NCBI GenBank assembly: GCA_037137395.1
Contig: JBAXKK010000023.1
Location: 1-30,212 of the forward strand
DNA from: Elusimicrobiota bacterium
GTDB taxonomy: Bacteria > Elusimicrobiota > Elusimicrobia > Elusimicrobiales > UBA9959
Length of the DNA: 30,212 nucleotides
Reading direction: 5' to 3'
Below are positions 16,686 to 25,930 of this stretch, one piece after another. The notes under the pieces were generated by a model, which saw only the letters and a program-made list of their open reading frames with translations, ran no database searches and was not told the origin of the DNA. Within the stretch, counting starts at the first letter, position 1; every line of letters starts with the position of its first letter. A program made the position numbers and the translations under genes.

Positions 16686-18203
16686 ATGAGCGTACTAAAA
16701 AAAAATATAGTTGCCAACTTTGGCGGTAGTATATGGACCGGTCTGATGGGGTTGGTTTTTGTGCCGCTCTATATTCATTTCTTGGGTATTGAGGCATACG
16801 GATTGATCGGTATTTTTGCTACATTGTTAGCGCTATTTGGGTCGCTTGACATGGGGCTGAGTACAACATTAAATAGGGAAATGGCACGATTGGCCGTTCA
16901 GGAGGGGAAGACTCAGGAGATGCGGGATCTTGTGAGAACATTGGAGATTCCTTACTGGCTGGTTGGTTTATTTATCAGTGTTGTTGTTATTGTATTGTCT
17001 CCATTCATCGCCTATCACTGGGTGAATGTGGGAAAAGTATCTCCTAAAACTGTGCAAACCGCTATTATGATTATGGGATTTGCGGTGGCTTTTCAATGGC
17101 CGATGAGTTTTTACTCAGGCGGATTGATGGGGCTTCAGCAACAAGTGTTGCTAAATATAATCAACATCGTAATGGCGACATTTCGTGGGCTAGGGGCAGT
17201 ATTGATCTTGTGGTTAGTTTCACCCACAGTGGAGGCGTTTTTCTCATGGCAGATTGTTGCTAGTGTTGTTCATATCGGTTTGATAGTATTCTTCCTTTGG
17301 CGAAGCTTGCCATATACCGCTGAGGCACCGCGGTTCCGCCGTGAACTGCTGCTTAATATCTGGCGATTCGCTGCAGGCATGATGGGTATTACTGTGATGG
17401 TAACCATCCTTATGCAACTGGATAAAGTCATCCTAAGCCGCATGTTGAGTCTAAAAATGTTTGGATACTATTCTCTCGCTAGTGTCGTTGCCATGAGTCT
17501 TGGTCGTTTCGCCAGCCCGGTTTTCTCGGCTACCTACCCCCGCTTGACCAATCTGGTTGCGTTGTGCGCTACGGAGGAGGTAACAATCCTATATCACAAG
17601 AGCGCGCAGTTAGTGGCAGTGCTAGTGCTACCTGCCGCTTTTGTAGTCGCGCTCTTTTCTAAAGAAATACTATTAGTGTGGACCCAAAGTCCTGAGACGG
17701 CCGAGCACACCTATTTACTAGTGAGCATTCTTGTTATCGGTACTGCCGTCAATGGTCTCATGAACATCCCTTATGCTTTGCAATTGGCTTATGGGTGGAC
17801 ACGGCTCTCTTTCCTTACCAATATCGTTTCCGTTCTACTCCTGGTGCCGCTTATGATAGTGCTTACAAAATGGTACGGCGCGGTGGGTGCGGCCAGCGTC
17901 TGGGTAATTCTAAACTTGGGGTATATGTTTATTAGTATTCCAATTATGCATAAAAGACTGCTGCCGCATGAAAAATGGCAGTGGTATCGTGAGGATGTAT
18001 GTTATCCTCTTTTGGTAAGTTTAATGGTAGCGGGTTTAGGACGGGTATTGATAGGAAGTCAAATGTCTCAATTGATGACGTTATTGTGTTTAATTGTTGT
18101 TTCATTTTCAACTCTGGCAATTACCGCAATGACAACTCCAACAACTAGGATGTGGTTGTTTAACAACGTGTTTAACCTGTGGGGGATTAAATTATGGGCA
18201 TAG
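16686..18203 (+). CDS. wzx: Wzx oligosaccharide flippase
   Basis: 505 aa multi-TM protein with LG.EAYG, DMGLS, QLDKVILS...FGYY and YGAVGAA motifs. Confidence 0.88.
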   Translation: MSVLKKNIVANFGGSIWTGLMGLVFVPLYIHFLGIEAYGLIGIFATLLALFGSLDMGLSTTLNREMARLAVQEGKTQEMRDLVRTLEIPYWLVGLFISVVVIVLSPFIAYHWVNVGKVSPKTVQTAIMIMGFAVAFQWPMSFYSGGLMGLQQQVLLNIINIVMATFRGLGAVLILWLVSPTVEAFFSWQIVASVVHIGLIVFFLWRSLPYTAEAPRFRRELLLNIWRFAAGMMGITVMVTILMQLDKVILSRMLSLKMFGYYSLASVVAMSLGRFASPVFSATYPRLTNLVALCATEEVTILYHKSAQLVAVLVLPAAFVVALFSKEILLVWTQSPETAEHTYLLVSILVIGTAVNGLMNIPYALQLAYGWTRLSFLTNIVSVLLLVPLMIVLTKWYGAVGAASVWVILNLGYMFISIPIMHKRLLPHEKWQWYREDVCYPLLVSLMVAGLGRVLIGSQMSQLMTLLCLIVVSFSTLAITAMTTPTTRMWLFNNVFNLWGIKLWA

Positions 18204-19144
18204 CAAAAAAATCGATACCAGATGAATTGTCCCCGCTTGTTTCTGTTTGTATTCCGACTTATAATCGAGCTGCGAAGCTTGAACGTGCGGTGCAAGCCTT
18301 GCTTAATTGTGACTACTCAAATATTGAGGTTCTTATATCAGATAATGCTTCACCAGATCACACGAGTGTTGTATGTGAAAGATTTATGGCATTAGACAAG
18401 CGGGTTAAGTATCATAGGCACCAGCGTAACATGGGGGGGGCGTTTAACTTTTTTTATGCTAGAAGTATGGCAAAAGGGAAATATTTTCTATGGCATGGCG
18501 ACGATGATTTCCTAGATTCTAAATTAATTAGCAAATGTGTAGAGATGTTGGAAGTTGAGGGGGAACTCGTTCTTGTCTCAGGGCTGGCGGCATATCATCG
18601 CGGAGATATGAAAATTACTCACTATGGTAATATTATCCAGTTACAATCCGATCATCCTTGGCTAAGAGCTTTCAAATATTTATGGCTTGTTAAAGACAAC
18701 TCAATATTTTGTGGTGTTTATCGTGTCGATTCGGTAAAAGAATGTGAGGCAGCGGACATCTTTCCAGGTGATTGGGCTTGGATTATTGAAGTTTTATTGA
18801 CAGGGAAGGCCAGGGTTCTTCCGGATCTTTTTGTATATCGTGAATTCGGGAATACTTTATCCTCGTCAAAAAAGGGATATAGTCATTTTGTCCGTGTAAC
18901 GGGTTTGCCTACATGGTATGCTATTTTTCCTTGGATCGCAAAGAGTCGTGATGTAGGTTTGTATTTTATTGAAAGGTCTAAAATTACTAACAGATACAAG
19001 TTTTGTAAAAAATATTTATTCTCATTTTGTATAGTTGGTTTATTATTGGCAAGGGGCGCATATGGTTTTCCTAGGCGGATATTGTCAATGATTCCGTTTG
19101 CGAGAACACTCTATTATCGATGTTTCCATAAGTATGGTTATTAA
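18194..19144 (+). CDS. GT2 glycosyltransferase
   Basis: VSVCIPTYNR, SDNASPD and GDDD (DxD) motifs; low GC. Confidence 0.88.
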   Translation: MGIAKKSIPDELSPLVSVCIPTYNRAAKLERAVQALLNCDYSNIEVLISDNASPDHTSVVCERFMALDKRVKYHRHQRNMGGAFNFFYARSMAKGKYFLWHGDDDFLDSKLISKCVEMLEVEGELVLVSGLAAYHRGDMKITHYGNIIQLQSDHPWLRAFKYLWLVKDNSIFCGVYRVDSVKECEAADIFPGDWAWIIEVLLTGKARVLPDLFVYREFGNTLSSSKKGYSHFVRVTGLPTWYAIFPWIAKSRDVGLYFIERSKITNRYKFCKKYLFSFCIVGLLLARGAYGFPRRILSMIPFARTLYYRCFHKYGY

Positions 19145-19212
19145 CCGCTTTGCACTTCTGCGAATGTGTATGCGAAAATGTTCCGCATTGTGAAGGCAAT
19201 ATTAGGAGGTAT

Positions 19213-19914
19213 ATGAAACTCTCAGTTATTATTCCCTGCTATAACGAAATTAATACGATTAAAACTGTTATTGACACTGTAAAGGCTTCACCTTATGAGA
19301 ATAAGGAAATTATATTAATTGATGACTTTTCCAGTGACGGTACGCGTGAATTATTGAAAAGCGGTTTGGAAAGTAGCGTTGATAAAGTTATTTATAATGA
19401 GAAAAACTGCGGGAAAGGGGCGGCGCTTAGAGCGGGTATCAAGGCCGCCTCAGGTGACATCGTTATTATCCAGGATGCGGATTTAGAGTACGATCCTAAC
19501 GAATATATTAATGTTATTTCACCGATTTTGCAAAACAAGGCAGATGTGGTTTTTGGTTCCAGATTTGCAAGCGGTAAGCCGCATCGGGTTGTATATTTTT
19601 GGCACATGGTTGGCAATGGATTATTGACTTTGTTGTCGAATATGTTTACCGATCTCAATCTTACTGACATGGAAACCTGTTACAAAGCTTTTCGCCGGGA
19701 AATCATCCAATCTATAGAAATAGAGGAGGACCGCTTTGGTTTTGAGCCAGAGGTAACGGCCAAGATCGCCGGGAAAAAGTGCAGAATTTATGAGGTTTGA
19801 ATTTCCTACTATGGTAGAACTTACGAAGAAGGCAAAAAGATCGGGTGGAAAGACGGTTTCAGGGCTGTTTACTGTATTCTAAAGTATAATCTTTTTAAAA
19901 GGTCGCAACTGTGA
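19213..19914 (+). pseudogene. Polyprenyl-phosphate glycosyltransferase (DPM1/GtrB-like GT2) with an internal TGA
   Basis: AGGAGGT SD and ATG 19213; IIPCYNE, DDFSSDG, QDADLEYDP and DMETCYK motifs. After TGA (19798-19800) the frame continues [19 protein letters not shown] to TGA 19912-19914, which overlaps the next GTG. Confidence 0.88.
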
Positions 19915-21722
19915 CATCATTTTTACCGCTTGAGTATTATCTCCTGCCGCCACCGTTACCCGCCTGTGTTGCCGTATTGATGTGTTTTGGATTTAAATAT
20001 CTGGGAGACCGTTTGGTCTGGTTTTTGCGTCATTCATTACCGGAACCAATCGAATCCGCCGCAGGATTTATATTAATAGCGGGCATAATTGCCACGCTGG
20101 TAAATTTATCAGCATTTTGTGGCTATGCCTATCTCTGGCCGCTGCGTATCTTTGCATGGGGATTTGTTGTTTTAGGTCTTATCAATTTACTGCGGTTGAA
20201 ACTGGATTATTTAATAGCTGTATCGTGGTTTAAAAATTTCTTCCAGCGGCAATCTTTCTTAAGTGAAATTGGGATTTTGCTTGTTATTATCACGGGTATT
20301 AGCCTATTTCTTGCCGCGTTGGGGCCTCCGACTGATGCCGACTCCTTGGATTATCATTTGGGTGTTCCTTTGGATATTCTCCGTCATCATCAGGCATATC
20401 CGCGTTTAGACTGGTTACATGCAAGGTTGATCGGATTAGGGGAATATTTAAATATGTTTGGGTTGGCTGGGGGGACGGATATTTTGGGTGCATCCCTGCA
20501 GTTTTTTGGACTTGCGGCTATACTCAAATCATTTCTATCTCTAGTTAAATATGATCATGATCGCATACTGACGGCAATGCTTGTGGTTGGATGTCCTTTG
20601 ATGCTTTTTTTGATTCCTAACCAGAAACCGCAGATGCTTCCCGTAGCTGGTACCACAATTGCGCTCATTATGATAGTTCGCCGCTTTCAATCAATTGATG
20701 TGGTGACAATGGTTTTGGCTTTTGGAATTGCTTGTTTTGCCATGTCATGTAAATATTCATTTATTTTGTCGGGTGGCATCGTGATCGCAACAGGACTTAT
20801 TGCTGCGTATAAAAGTGACCGATTAGGGGCGGCTATATTAATAGCCTCGGTCGCATTATCGGTTTTTCTCTTACCAATTTGTTTGCAGAAGTATTTTTTC
20901 TATGGCGATCCTGTTTCGCCTTTGCTTGAGCGGTTTTTCTCTCATGGACAGGTTTCGGTAGTTTCTTTCGCTAACTATCTTAGAAATTACAGAGATTCTT
21001 CCGTGCCCTTTCCTTTGAGTTTAATATTTCCACGCTCCATCGGAACGATTAGCACTATTCTTGGTATAGGTTGCTTTCTTATTTTTGCGGCGTCCAGGGT
21101 TCGCGGGCGTTCCTTAATTTTTATTCTATGCGCTACAGCGACAGCAATTTTAACGTTTTTACTGGGTCAGATTACTTCGCGTTTTTATCTTGAGCCTTAT
21201 CTTTGGATTACTGCCGCAGTTGTGACAACCCCTGAGTTTAAAGTTAAGTCTATTTTTTTAAAGCTAATGCTCGCACAGATGTTTAGCGTGACAGCGATTG
21301 CATCTCTCGGCGCTGCGATTTTGTTTCCAGGGGCATTGACGATTTCTTTACGGCATAAAGTTATGCTTAAGTGTGCCTATCTATATTCAGAGGCAAAATG
21401 GCTGGATGCCTTTCTGCCAAAAAATGCTGTAATTCTGACAGATCTGAGATCTAAAGCTCTCGTCCCTAGAGAGTTTATGTCAAGTGAGATGATTTATTCT
21501 TCAATCAAAACGAAAGATCTGGTTGGATTAGATCAAATAGCATCGCTATTGAAGCAGAATGGTGTTGATACATGGGTGACATTTGATACCTCACTTCCTT
21601 ATTTCACAAGTCACTTCCCCGTACTCGTTGGTAAATCGCAGGCTTTTCAAATAGCAGTCAGAAACCCTTGGAACGCTTCGATGGGGAGTCGAGTCGCGGT
21701 GTATGAATACAAGCATGAATAA
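19911..21722 (+). CDS. Large integral membrane protein (DUF1420-like; possible GT-C fold glycosyltransferase)
   Basis: 603 aa multi-[17 protein letters not shown] loop, YGDPVSP and RFYLEP motifs; coupled to the polyprenyl-P GT. Confidence 0.6.
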   Translation: MTSFLPLEYYLLPPPLPACVAVLMCFGFKYLGDRLVWFLRHSLPEPIESAAGFILIAGIIATLVNLSAFCGYAYLWPLRIFAWGFVVLGLINLLRLKLDYLIAVSWFKNFFQRQSFLSEIGILLVIITGISLFLAALGPPTDADSLDYHLGVPLDILRHHQAYPRLDWLHARLIGLGEYLNMFGLAGGTDILGASLQFFGLAAILKSFLSLVKYDHDRILTAMLVVGCPLMLFLIPNQKPQMLPVAGTTIALIMIVRRFQSIDVVTMVLAFGIACFAMSCKYSFILSGGIVIATGLIAAYKSDRLGAAILIASVALSVFLLPICLQKYFFYGDPVSPLLERFFSHGQVSVVSFANYLRNYRDSSVPFPLSLIFPRSIGTISTILGIGCFLIFAASRVRGRSLIFILCATATAILTFLLGQITSRFYLEPYLWITAAVVTTPEFKVKSIFLKLMLAQMFSVTAIASLGAAILFPGALTISLRHKVMLKCAYLYSEAKWLDAFLPKNAVILTDLRSKALVPREFMSSEMIYSSIKTKDLVGLDQIASLLKQNGVDTWVTFDTSLPYFTSHFPVLVGKSQAFQIAVRNPWNASMGSRVAVYEYKHE

Positions 21723-21737
21723 CAGTGAGTAATACGG

Positions 21738-22844
21738 ATGAATATACTATTTGATCACCAAATTTTTTGTTTACAGCAATACGGCGGGATATCGCGCTAT
21801 TTTTACGAACTTGCAAGCCATATTGCGGATCCGGTTGAACAAAAGGTGAAGATATTCGCGCCCGTCCATATTAACTCTTATTTGTCTGTGCTTAGCAATG
21901 TGTCTCATAAGGGTGTGCAAATTCCGGTATTGTCCGGATTCGGGCGAGTGGCGGCCTTTGGTGTGGATACTGCTCTTGCTTACGCAATGATAAAATCTCG
22001 TCGCGGCGTGGACATCTTTCATGAAACATATTATTCGGGAATGGATTGCTGCCCGCGCTCCGCGAAAAGAGTAATCACTGTTTTCGATATGATACATGAA
22101 AAGTACGCGGTATTATCTCCCGGACGTGATAAAACCCGGCAGGTCAAAGCAAATGCCGTCAAGCGTGCAGATCATGTGATATGCATCTCGGAAAACACCA
22201 AGTGTGATTTAATTAAACTATTAGGTGTGCCGGAAGAAAAAATATCGGTAACTTATTTGGGTTGCTCGCTAGTTGCTAAAGAAAAAAGAGCCTCATCCTC
22301 TGGTGGTAAACCTTATATTTTATATGTGGGGAAAAGGGATGGGTATAAAAATTTTTCAAGCATGCTGCGGGCGTATGCCGCGTCTCCAATGTTGAAAAAT
22401 AACTTTTCATTGGTTAGCTTTGGCGGCGGTGTTTTTAGTCTTCGCGAGCGAGAGCTTATAAAGGAATATGGTCTTCTACAGACCAGTGTTCTGCATTTCT
22501 CCGGAGGAGATGACGTGCTGGCGGGGTTATATAAGGCCGCCGCGGCTTTTGTTTATCCTTCATTATACGAAGGGTTTGGTATTCCCGCTTTGGAGGCGAT
22601 GTCATTCGGTTGCCCGATAGTATGTGCCAACAATAGTTCATTGCCGGAAGTCGTTGGCAATGCGGCGGAATTGTTTGACCCGGAGGATGAGGCTGAGATG
22701 CGCGCCGCTATTGAACGGGTTGTTTCTTCTTCGGAAAGGTCTCGTATTTTATCCGATCGTGGATACGGACGCTTAAAACAATTCTCTTGGAAAAAATGCG
22801 CGCAGGATACGCTTAATATCTATAGTAAAGTGTTGCAGTGTTAG
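21738..22844 (+). CDS. GT4 (GT-B) glycosyltransferase
   Basis: GGISRY, DMIHE, YVGKR..YKN and PSLYEGFGIPALEAM (Ex7E) motifs. Confidence 0.9.
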   Translation: MNILFDHQIFCLQQYGGISRYFYELASHIADPVEQKVKIFAPVHINSYLSVLSNVSHKGVQIPVLSGFGRVAAFGVDTALAYAMIKSRRGVDIFHETYYSGMDCCPRSAKRVITVFDMIHEKYAVLSPGRDKTRQVKANAVKRADHVICISENTKCDLIKLLGVPEEKISVTYLGCSLVAKEKRASSSGGKPYILYVGKRDGYKNFSSMLRAYAASPMLKNNFSLVSFGGGVFSLRERELIKEYGLLQTSVLHFSGGDDVLAGLYKAAAAFVYPSLYEGFGIPALEAMSFGCPIVCANNSSLPEVVGNAAELFDPEDEAEMRAAIERVVSSSERSRILSDRGYGRLKQFSWKKCAQDTLNIYSKVLQC

Positions 22845-22918
22845 ATCAAAATAGAATTAAATCGTGGCATGAATGGTGGATGTGCGTATTTGCCGTTAAA
22901 ATATAGCCGGATTTAAGG

Positions 22919-24160
22919 TTGAAAATGACTTCAGTTGACTTTTCTTTTTGGGTTCTGGGCGTTTTAGCCTTTTTGGCGGCATGTTATGGCATGAAGCGCT
23001 ATCGCACACCCTTGAATCCGCTGACAATTTTTACAGTTACTCAGATAGGTATGTTTACGATTTTGTCGGGGGTTGTGGCGACTCATTTGACGCCAAAATA
23101 TACCTCGGCAGATATCGTTAAAACAATTTTAGTTTCTATAGTTTATTTGTGCGCCACGACACTGCCTTATTTGTTTCATGGCTCTCTATTATCAAATTTG
23201 TATGGGAAGGGATTAGGTTTATTTGGGTTGAATTCAGAATCCATCGCGCTGCGGTTTAATGCCATAAAGTTTGTTTTACTTCTGGTCGGCGCTGTCAGCG
23301 CGTTTACCGCGCTTGCTTTAGTCGGGGGCGGGGGAATGTTATGGCTTACAAATTCCAGAGCGGCCTATATCAGCTATCGCGCGGGAGCCGGGCCATTTTT
23401 TGCTCTCACCCAATGGTTGCTTACATTCGCAATGGTTTACTGCATTTGGACCATTAAACCGCGTGTTTTTAAATTACTGCCAATCTTATCGTTTTTTTGC
23501 GCCGCGATGTATTTTCTTGGGTCAAAAAACAATGTTTTATTATTGCCTGTTATTGGATTGGCATATTATAATTTCTATATCAGGCGAATCTCATTTATGA
23601 CTTTTACGATGCTTGCGCCTTTATTTTTTCTGGCAGTTCTGGGCCTGCTCGTTGCTGACGGAGTGTATTCTTCCCTAATGAATGCGGGGTTATATTTCCG
23701 GGACTATTTCGATACCACCGCGCAGTTTCTCTCACGGTTTGATGAGTTCGGTTTTCGTTATGGACGGGGATGGCTCTCATCTCTTTGGTCTTATGTGCCA
23801 AGGGCGCTTTACCATGACAAACCTTATGAATACGGAGTTTTGCTAGTACACCAGGTTTTTTTCCCGGGGGCAGCGGCCCTTGGTAACACGCCTGGTTTTT
23901 TGTCGTGGACATTAGATTATTTGGATTTTGGTGTGATTGGAGTCTTTTTTTCCGGATTATTGGGCGGTATATGGCAAAGGATGGCTTATGAATATTTTTT
24001 AAATCATAAACAGCAATTCTTTGCGTTCATCCTTGCAATGCAGTTCTCCATCTGGTCTGTATGGACCTTTGCTCCTTTGCCGATCCTTATCGTCTGGAGT
24101 TTAAGTCAATCCGTTTTTCTCAAACTGGTCTGGCGTCAGAAAAATATGGTTGCACAATGA
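22919..24160 (+). CDS. wzy: Wzy O-antigen polymerase (putative)
   Basis: Multi-TM protein with VPRALYHDKP and YLDFGVIG loops; lies in a wzx locus; start 22919 or 22925. Confidence 0.7.
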   Translation: MKMTSVDFSFWVLGVLAFLAACYGMKRYRTPLNPLTIFTVTQIGMFTILSGVVATHLTPKYTSADIVKTILVSIVYLCATTLPYLFHGSLLSNLYGKGLGLFGLNSESIALRFNAIKFVLLLVGAVSAFTALALVGGGGMLWLTNSRAAYISYRAGAGPFFALTQWLLTFAMVYCIWTIKPRVFKLLPILSFFCAAMYFLGSKNNVLLLPVIGLAYYNFYIRRISFMTFTMLAPLFFLAVLGLLVADGVYSSLMNAGLYFRDYFDTTAQFLSRFDEFGFRYGRGWLSSLWSYVPRALYHDKPYEYGVLLVHQVFFPGAAALGNTPGFLSWTLDYLDFGVIGVFFSGLLGGIWQRMAYEYFLNHKQQFFAFILAMQFSIWSVWTFAPLPILIVWSLSQSVFLKLVWRQKNMVAQ

Positions 24161-24270
24161 AAATATCAATAATTACGGTCTGTCGTAATTCCGCCGCGGT
24201 AATTGAGGGGGCGATCCGTTCAGTGCTCGCGCAGAGCCACAAGGATCGAGTACATCGTGGCGGACGGGGC
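24157..24270 (+). pseudogene. Truncated, frameshifted 5' copy of the GT2 gene at 28805
   Basis: 83/90 nt identical to 28805-28894, then a 2-bp deletion; similarity ends at ggacggggc (24270 vs 28920). ATGA-coupled to wzy. Confidence 0.9.
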
Positions 24271-24272
24271 CA

Positions 24273-24317
24273 CAGAATAGGACTATTTACGATTCGCGAT
24301 TCACGATTTACGCTTGC
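24273..24317. repeat. Heptamer repeat element A
   Basis: cagaat.. CTATTTA CGATTCG CGATTCA CGATTTA CGCTTGC. Confidence 0.75.
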
Positions 24318-24340
24318 CGAGCGGGGGGGCTGGCTATTGC

Positions 24341-24378
24341 TTGTGTAATTATGTATAAATACGTTATGTACTTATGCG
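24341..24378 (+). promoter_or_regulatory. Putative promoter/operator array upstream of the ATPase
   Basis: TT(A/G)TGTA-like units at 24341, 24349, 24364 and 24372; AT-rich; AAAGGA SD follows. Confidence 0.4.
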
Positions 24379-24393
24379 TAAAAGGAAATACCA

Positions 24394-25542
24394 ATGAATA
24401 ATCCCTTCGTTTACGGTGAAATTGCTGTTGGGGCTGCTTTTACCGGCAGAAAAAAAGAGCTTGCCGACCTTTCACGGGGGCTGGAATCCGGAGAAAGAAT
24501 ATTCCTCATTTCCCCGCGTCGGTTCGGGAAAACATCGCTTCTGACGCATTTATTAGAGGGGTTTAAGAATAAAGGTCTGCTTACAGCCTATATCGATTTG
24601 TACCGCTGCGCCTCCATGGATCAGCTGGCCGCCGTTTTTACGGATGAGGTTCTGCTTAAGGCTGAAACAGGGTTTGAGGCGGTGGCCAGGCTGGCCCGGG
24701 AAACTATTCCGCTGTTAAGGCCGAAAATAACACTTGAGCAGGACGGCCAGTTGTCAGCCTCGCTTGATCTGGGGAAATCAAGGAACGAGCAATCGGCGGC
24801 GCTTTCGGAGCTTTTCAACGCCGCTGAGAAAATGGCAAAACGCCGCAAAAAGAGGCTTGTAATTGCATTCGATGAATTTCAGGAGGTTACGGTTCTCGGG
24901 GGGGAGCCTCTTGAAAAACTTATGCGCGCTTCTTTTCAAACGCATCATAATGTCTCATATGTTTTTTCGGGTTCCAGGCAGCATCTTATAGCGGATATGG
25001 TAAACAGCCGGGACAGGGCTTTTTATAAGCTTGGCAGGGTGGTCTTCCTCGGTAAGATAGCGGAGGGTGATTTTAGGGTTTTTATCGGCGAGCGGTTTAA
25101 AGCTATAGGGATTAAAGTTGAAGAAGCCGCTTTTAAGCGCATTCTTGCGGAAACTAACGCCATCCCGTATTATGTGCAGTACTTATGCAGTTTTTTGTGG
25201 AATAAATGCCGGGAAGGCGCGAAGTTAACGGCGGACCTTGTTTATGAAACTGCCACGCATATAGCGGATACGCAGGCCCCTTTTTATATGGGCATTCTGG
25301 AGCATATCCCGCTGAGGCAGCGCAGGCTTTTGCAGGTAGTCGCGCAAAACCCGGAGGGGAAGCTTTACTCCAGGGAAATTGCGGAAATGTATAAGCTCGG
25401 TCCTCTATCTACCGTTCAGGTTTCGGCGGGCCTTTTGCTTAAAAAAGGAATACTTGAAAAAGAAAACGGAGGATATGTCTTTTCAGATCCGTTCTTAAGG
25501 ATCTGGGTGCTTAAAAATATCGGCAGTTTGGGTAAAACTTAA
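24394..25542 (+). CDS. Archaeal-type AAA/STAND-like P-loop ATPase with probable C-terminal winged helix
   Basis: NPF.YG...FTGRKKE, Walker A SPRRFGKT, Walker B IAFDEFQ, FSGS, PYYVQ and DPFL.IW motifs. Confidence 0.8.
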   Translation: MNNPFVYGEIAVGAAFTGRKKELADLSRGLESGERIFLISPRRFGKTSLLTHLLEGFKNKGLLTAYIDLYRCASMDQLAAVFTDEVLLKAETGFEAVARLARETIPLLRPKITLEQDGQLSASLDLGKSRNEQSAALSELFNAAEKMAKRRKKRLVIAFDEFQEVTVLGGEPLEKLMRASFQTHHNVSYVFSGSRQHLIADMVNSRDRAFYKLGRVVFLGKIAEGDFRVFIGERFKAIGIKVEEAAFKRILAETNAIPYYVQYLCSFLWNKCREGAKLTADLVYETATHIADTQAPFYMGILEHIPLRQRRLLQVVAQNPEGKLYSREIAEMYKLGPLSTVQVSAGLLLKKGILEKENGGYVFSDPFLRIWVLKNIGSLGKT

Positions 25543-25573
25543 GTAATGGCGGAGTGGTACCGGGGAAGTGGTA

Positions 25574-25610
25574 AGGTTATAGGCAGAATTGCTTACTATT
25601 GACGATTGAC
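25574..25610. repeat. Heptamer repeat element B
   Basis: aggttataggcagaattgcttactattgacgattgac; 33/37 identical to 29602-29638. Confidence 0.8.
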
Positions 25611-25729
25611 TCGGTAACGTAAAGACTTCTGTGTAATTTCCCAGTCCCAGTGTCGGGTTCGCGGATGGCCGCGGCGGCCAGGTCTGCGTCCTGCCAGGTA
25701 TGGGGCCCATCGGGCCTACGAGGAGATTT

Positions 25730-25927
25730 ATGTTTACTGTGGTATTAATGCGTTCCGTCTTTTTTTTCTTACCCCGAAACGCGCACGCGTACCTTGATCC
25801 GGGTTCCGGAAGTTACGTTTTTCAAATTGTATTGGCGTTCGTGCTGGGCGGCCTCTATAGCCTCAAGATTTATTGGGCTAAGATAAAAGTTTTTTTAAAG
25901 CATGCCTTTTCTAAAAAGCGGGATTAA
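25730..25927 (+). CDS. Small membrane protein with YLDPGSGS motif
   Basis: AGGAG SD at 25721 and ATG 25730; 65 aa; signal-like N-terminus ending AHA, then YLDPGSGS, one TM helix and a basic tail. Confidence 0.75.
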   Translation: MFTVVLMRSVFFFLPRNAHAYLDPGSGSYVFQIVLAFVLGGLYSLKIYWAKIKVFLKHAFSKKRD

Positions 25928-25930
25928 CAA

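Noticed and set aside
16722..16733. ops/JUMPStart element (ggcggtag)
   Set aside because: Lies inside the wzx coding sequence (GGS codons) and lacks the nnTG ending and leader position.
19798..19800. Alternative genetic code (TGA = Gly, code 25) or selenocysteine
   Set aside because: TGA is the true stop of many genes here (785, 5291, 6514, 12267, 24160), often in ATGA/GTGA overlaps. The position is a Gly, not a Cys.
25666..25710. GC-rich palindromes (tggccgcggcggcca; atggggcccat) as a terminator
   Set aside because: One-base loops and no following U-tract; function unsupported.
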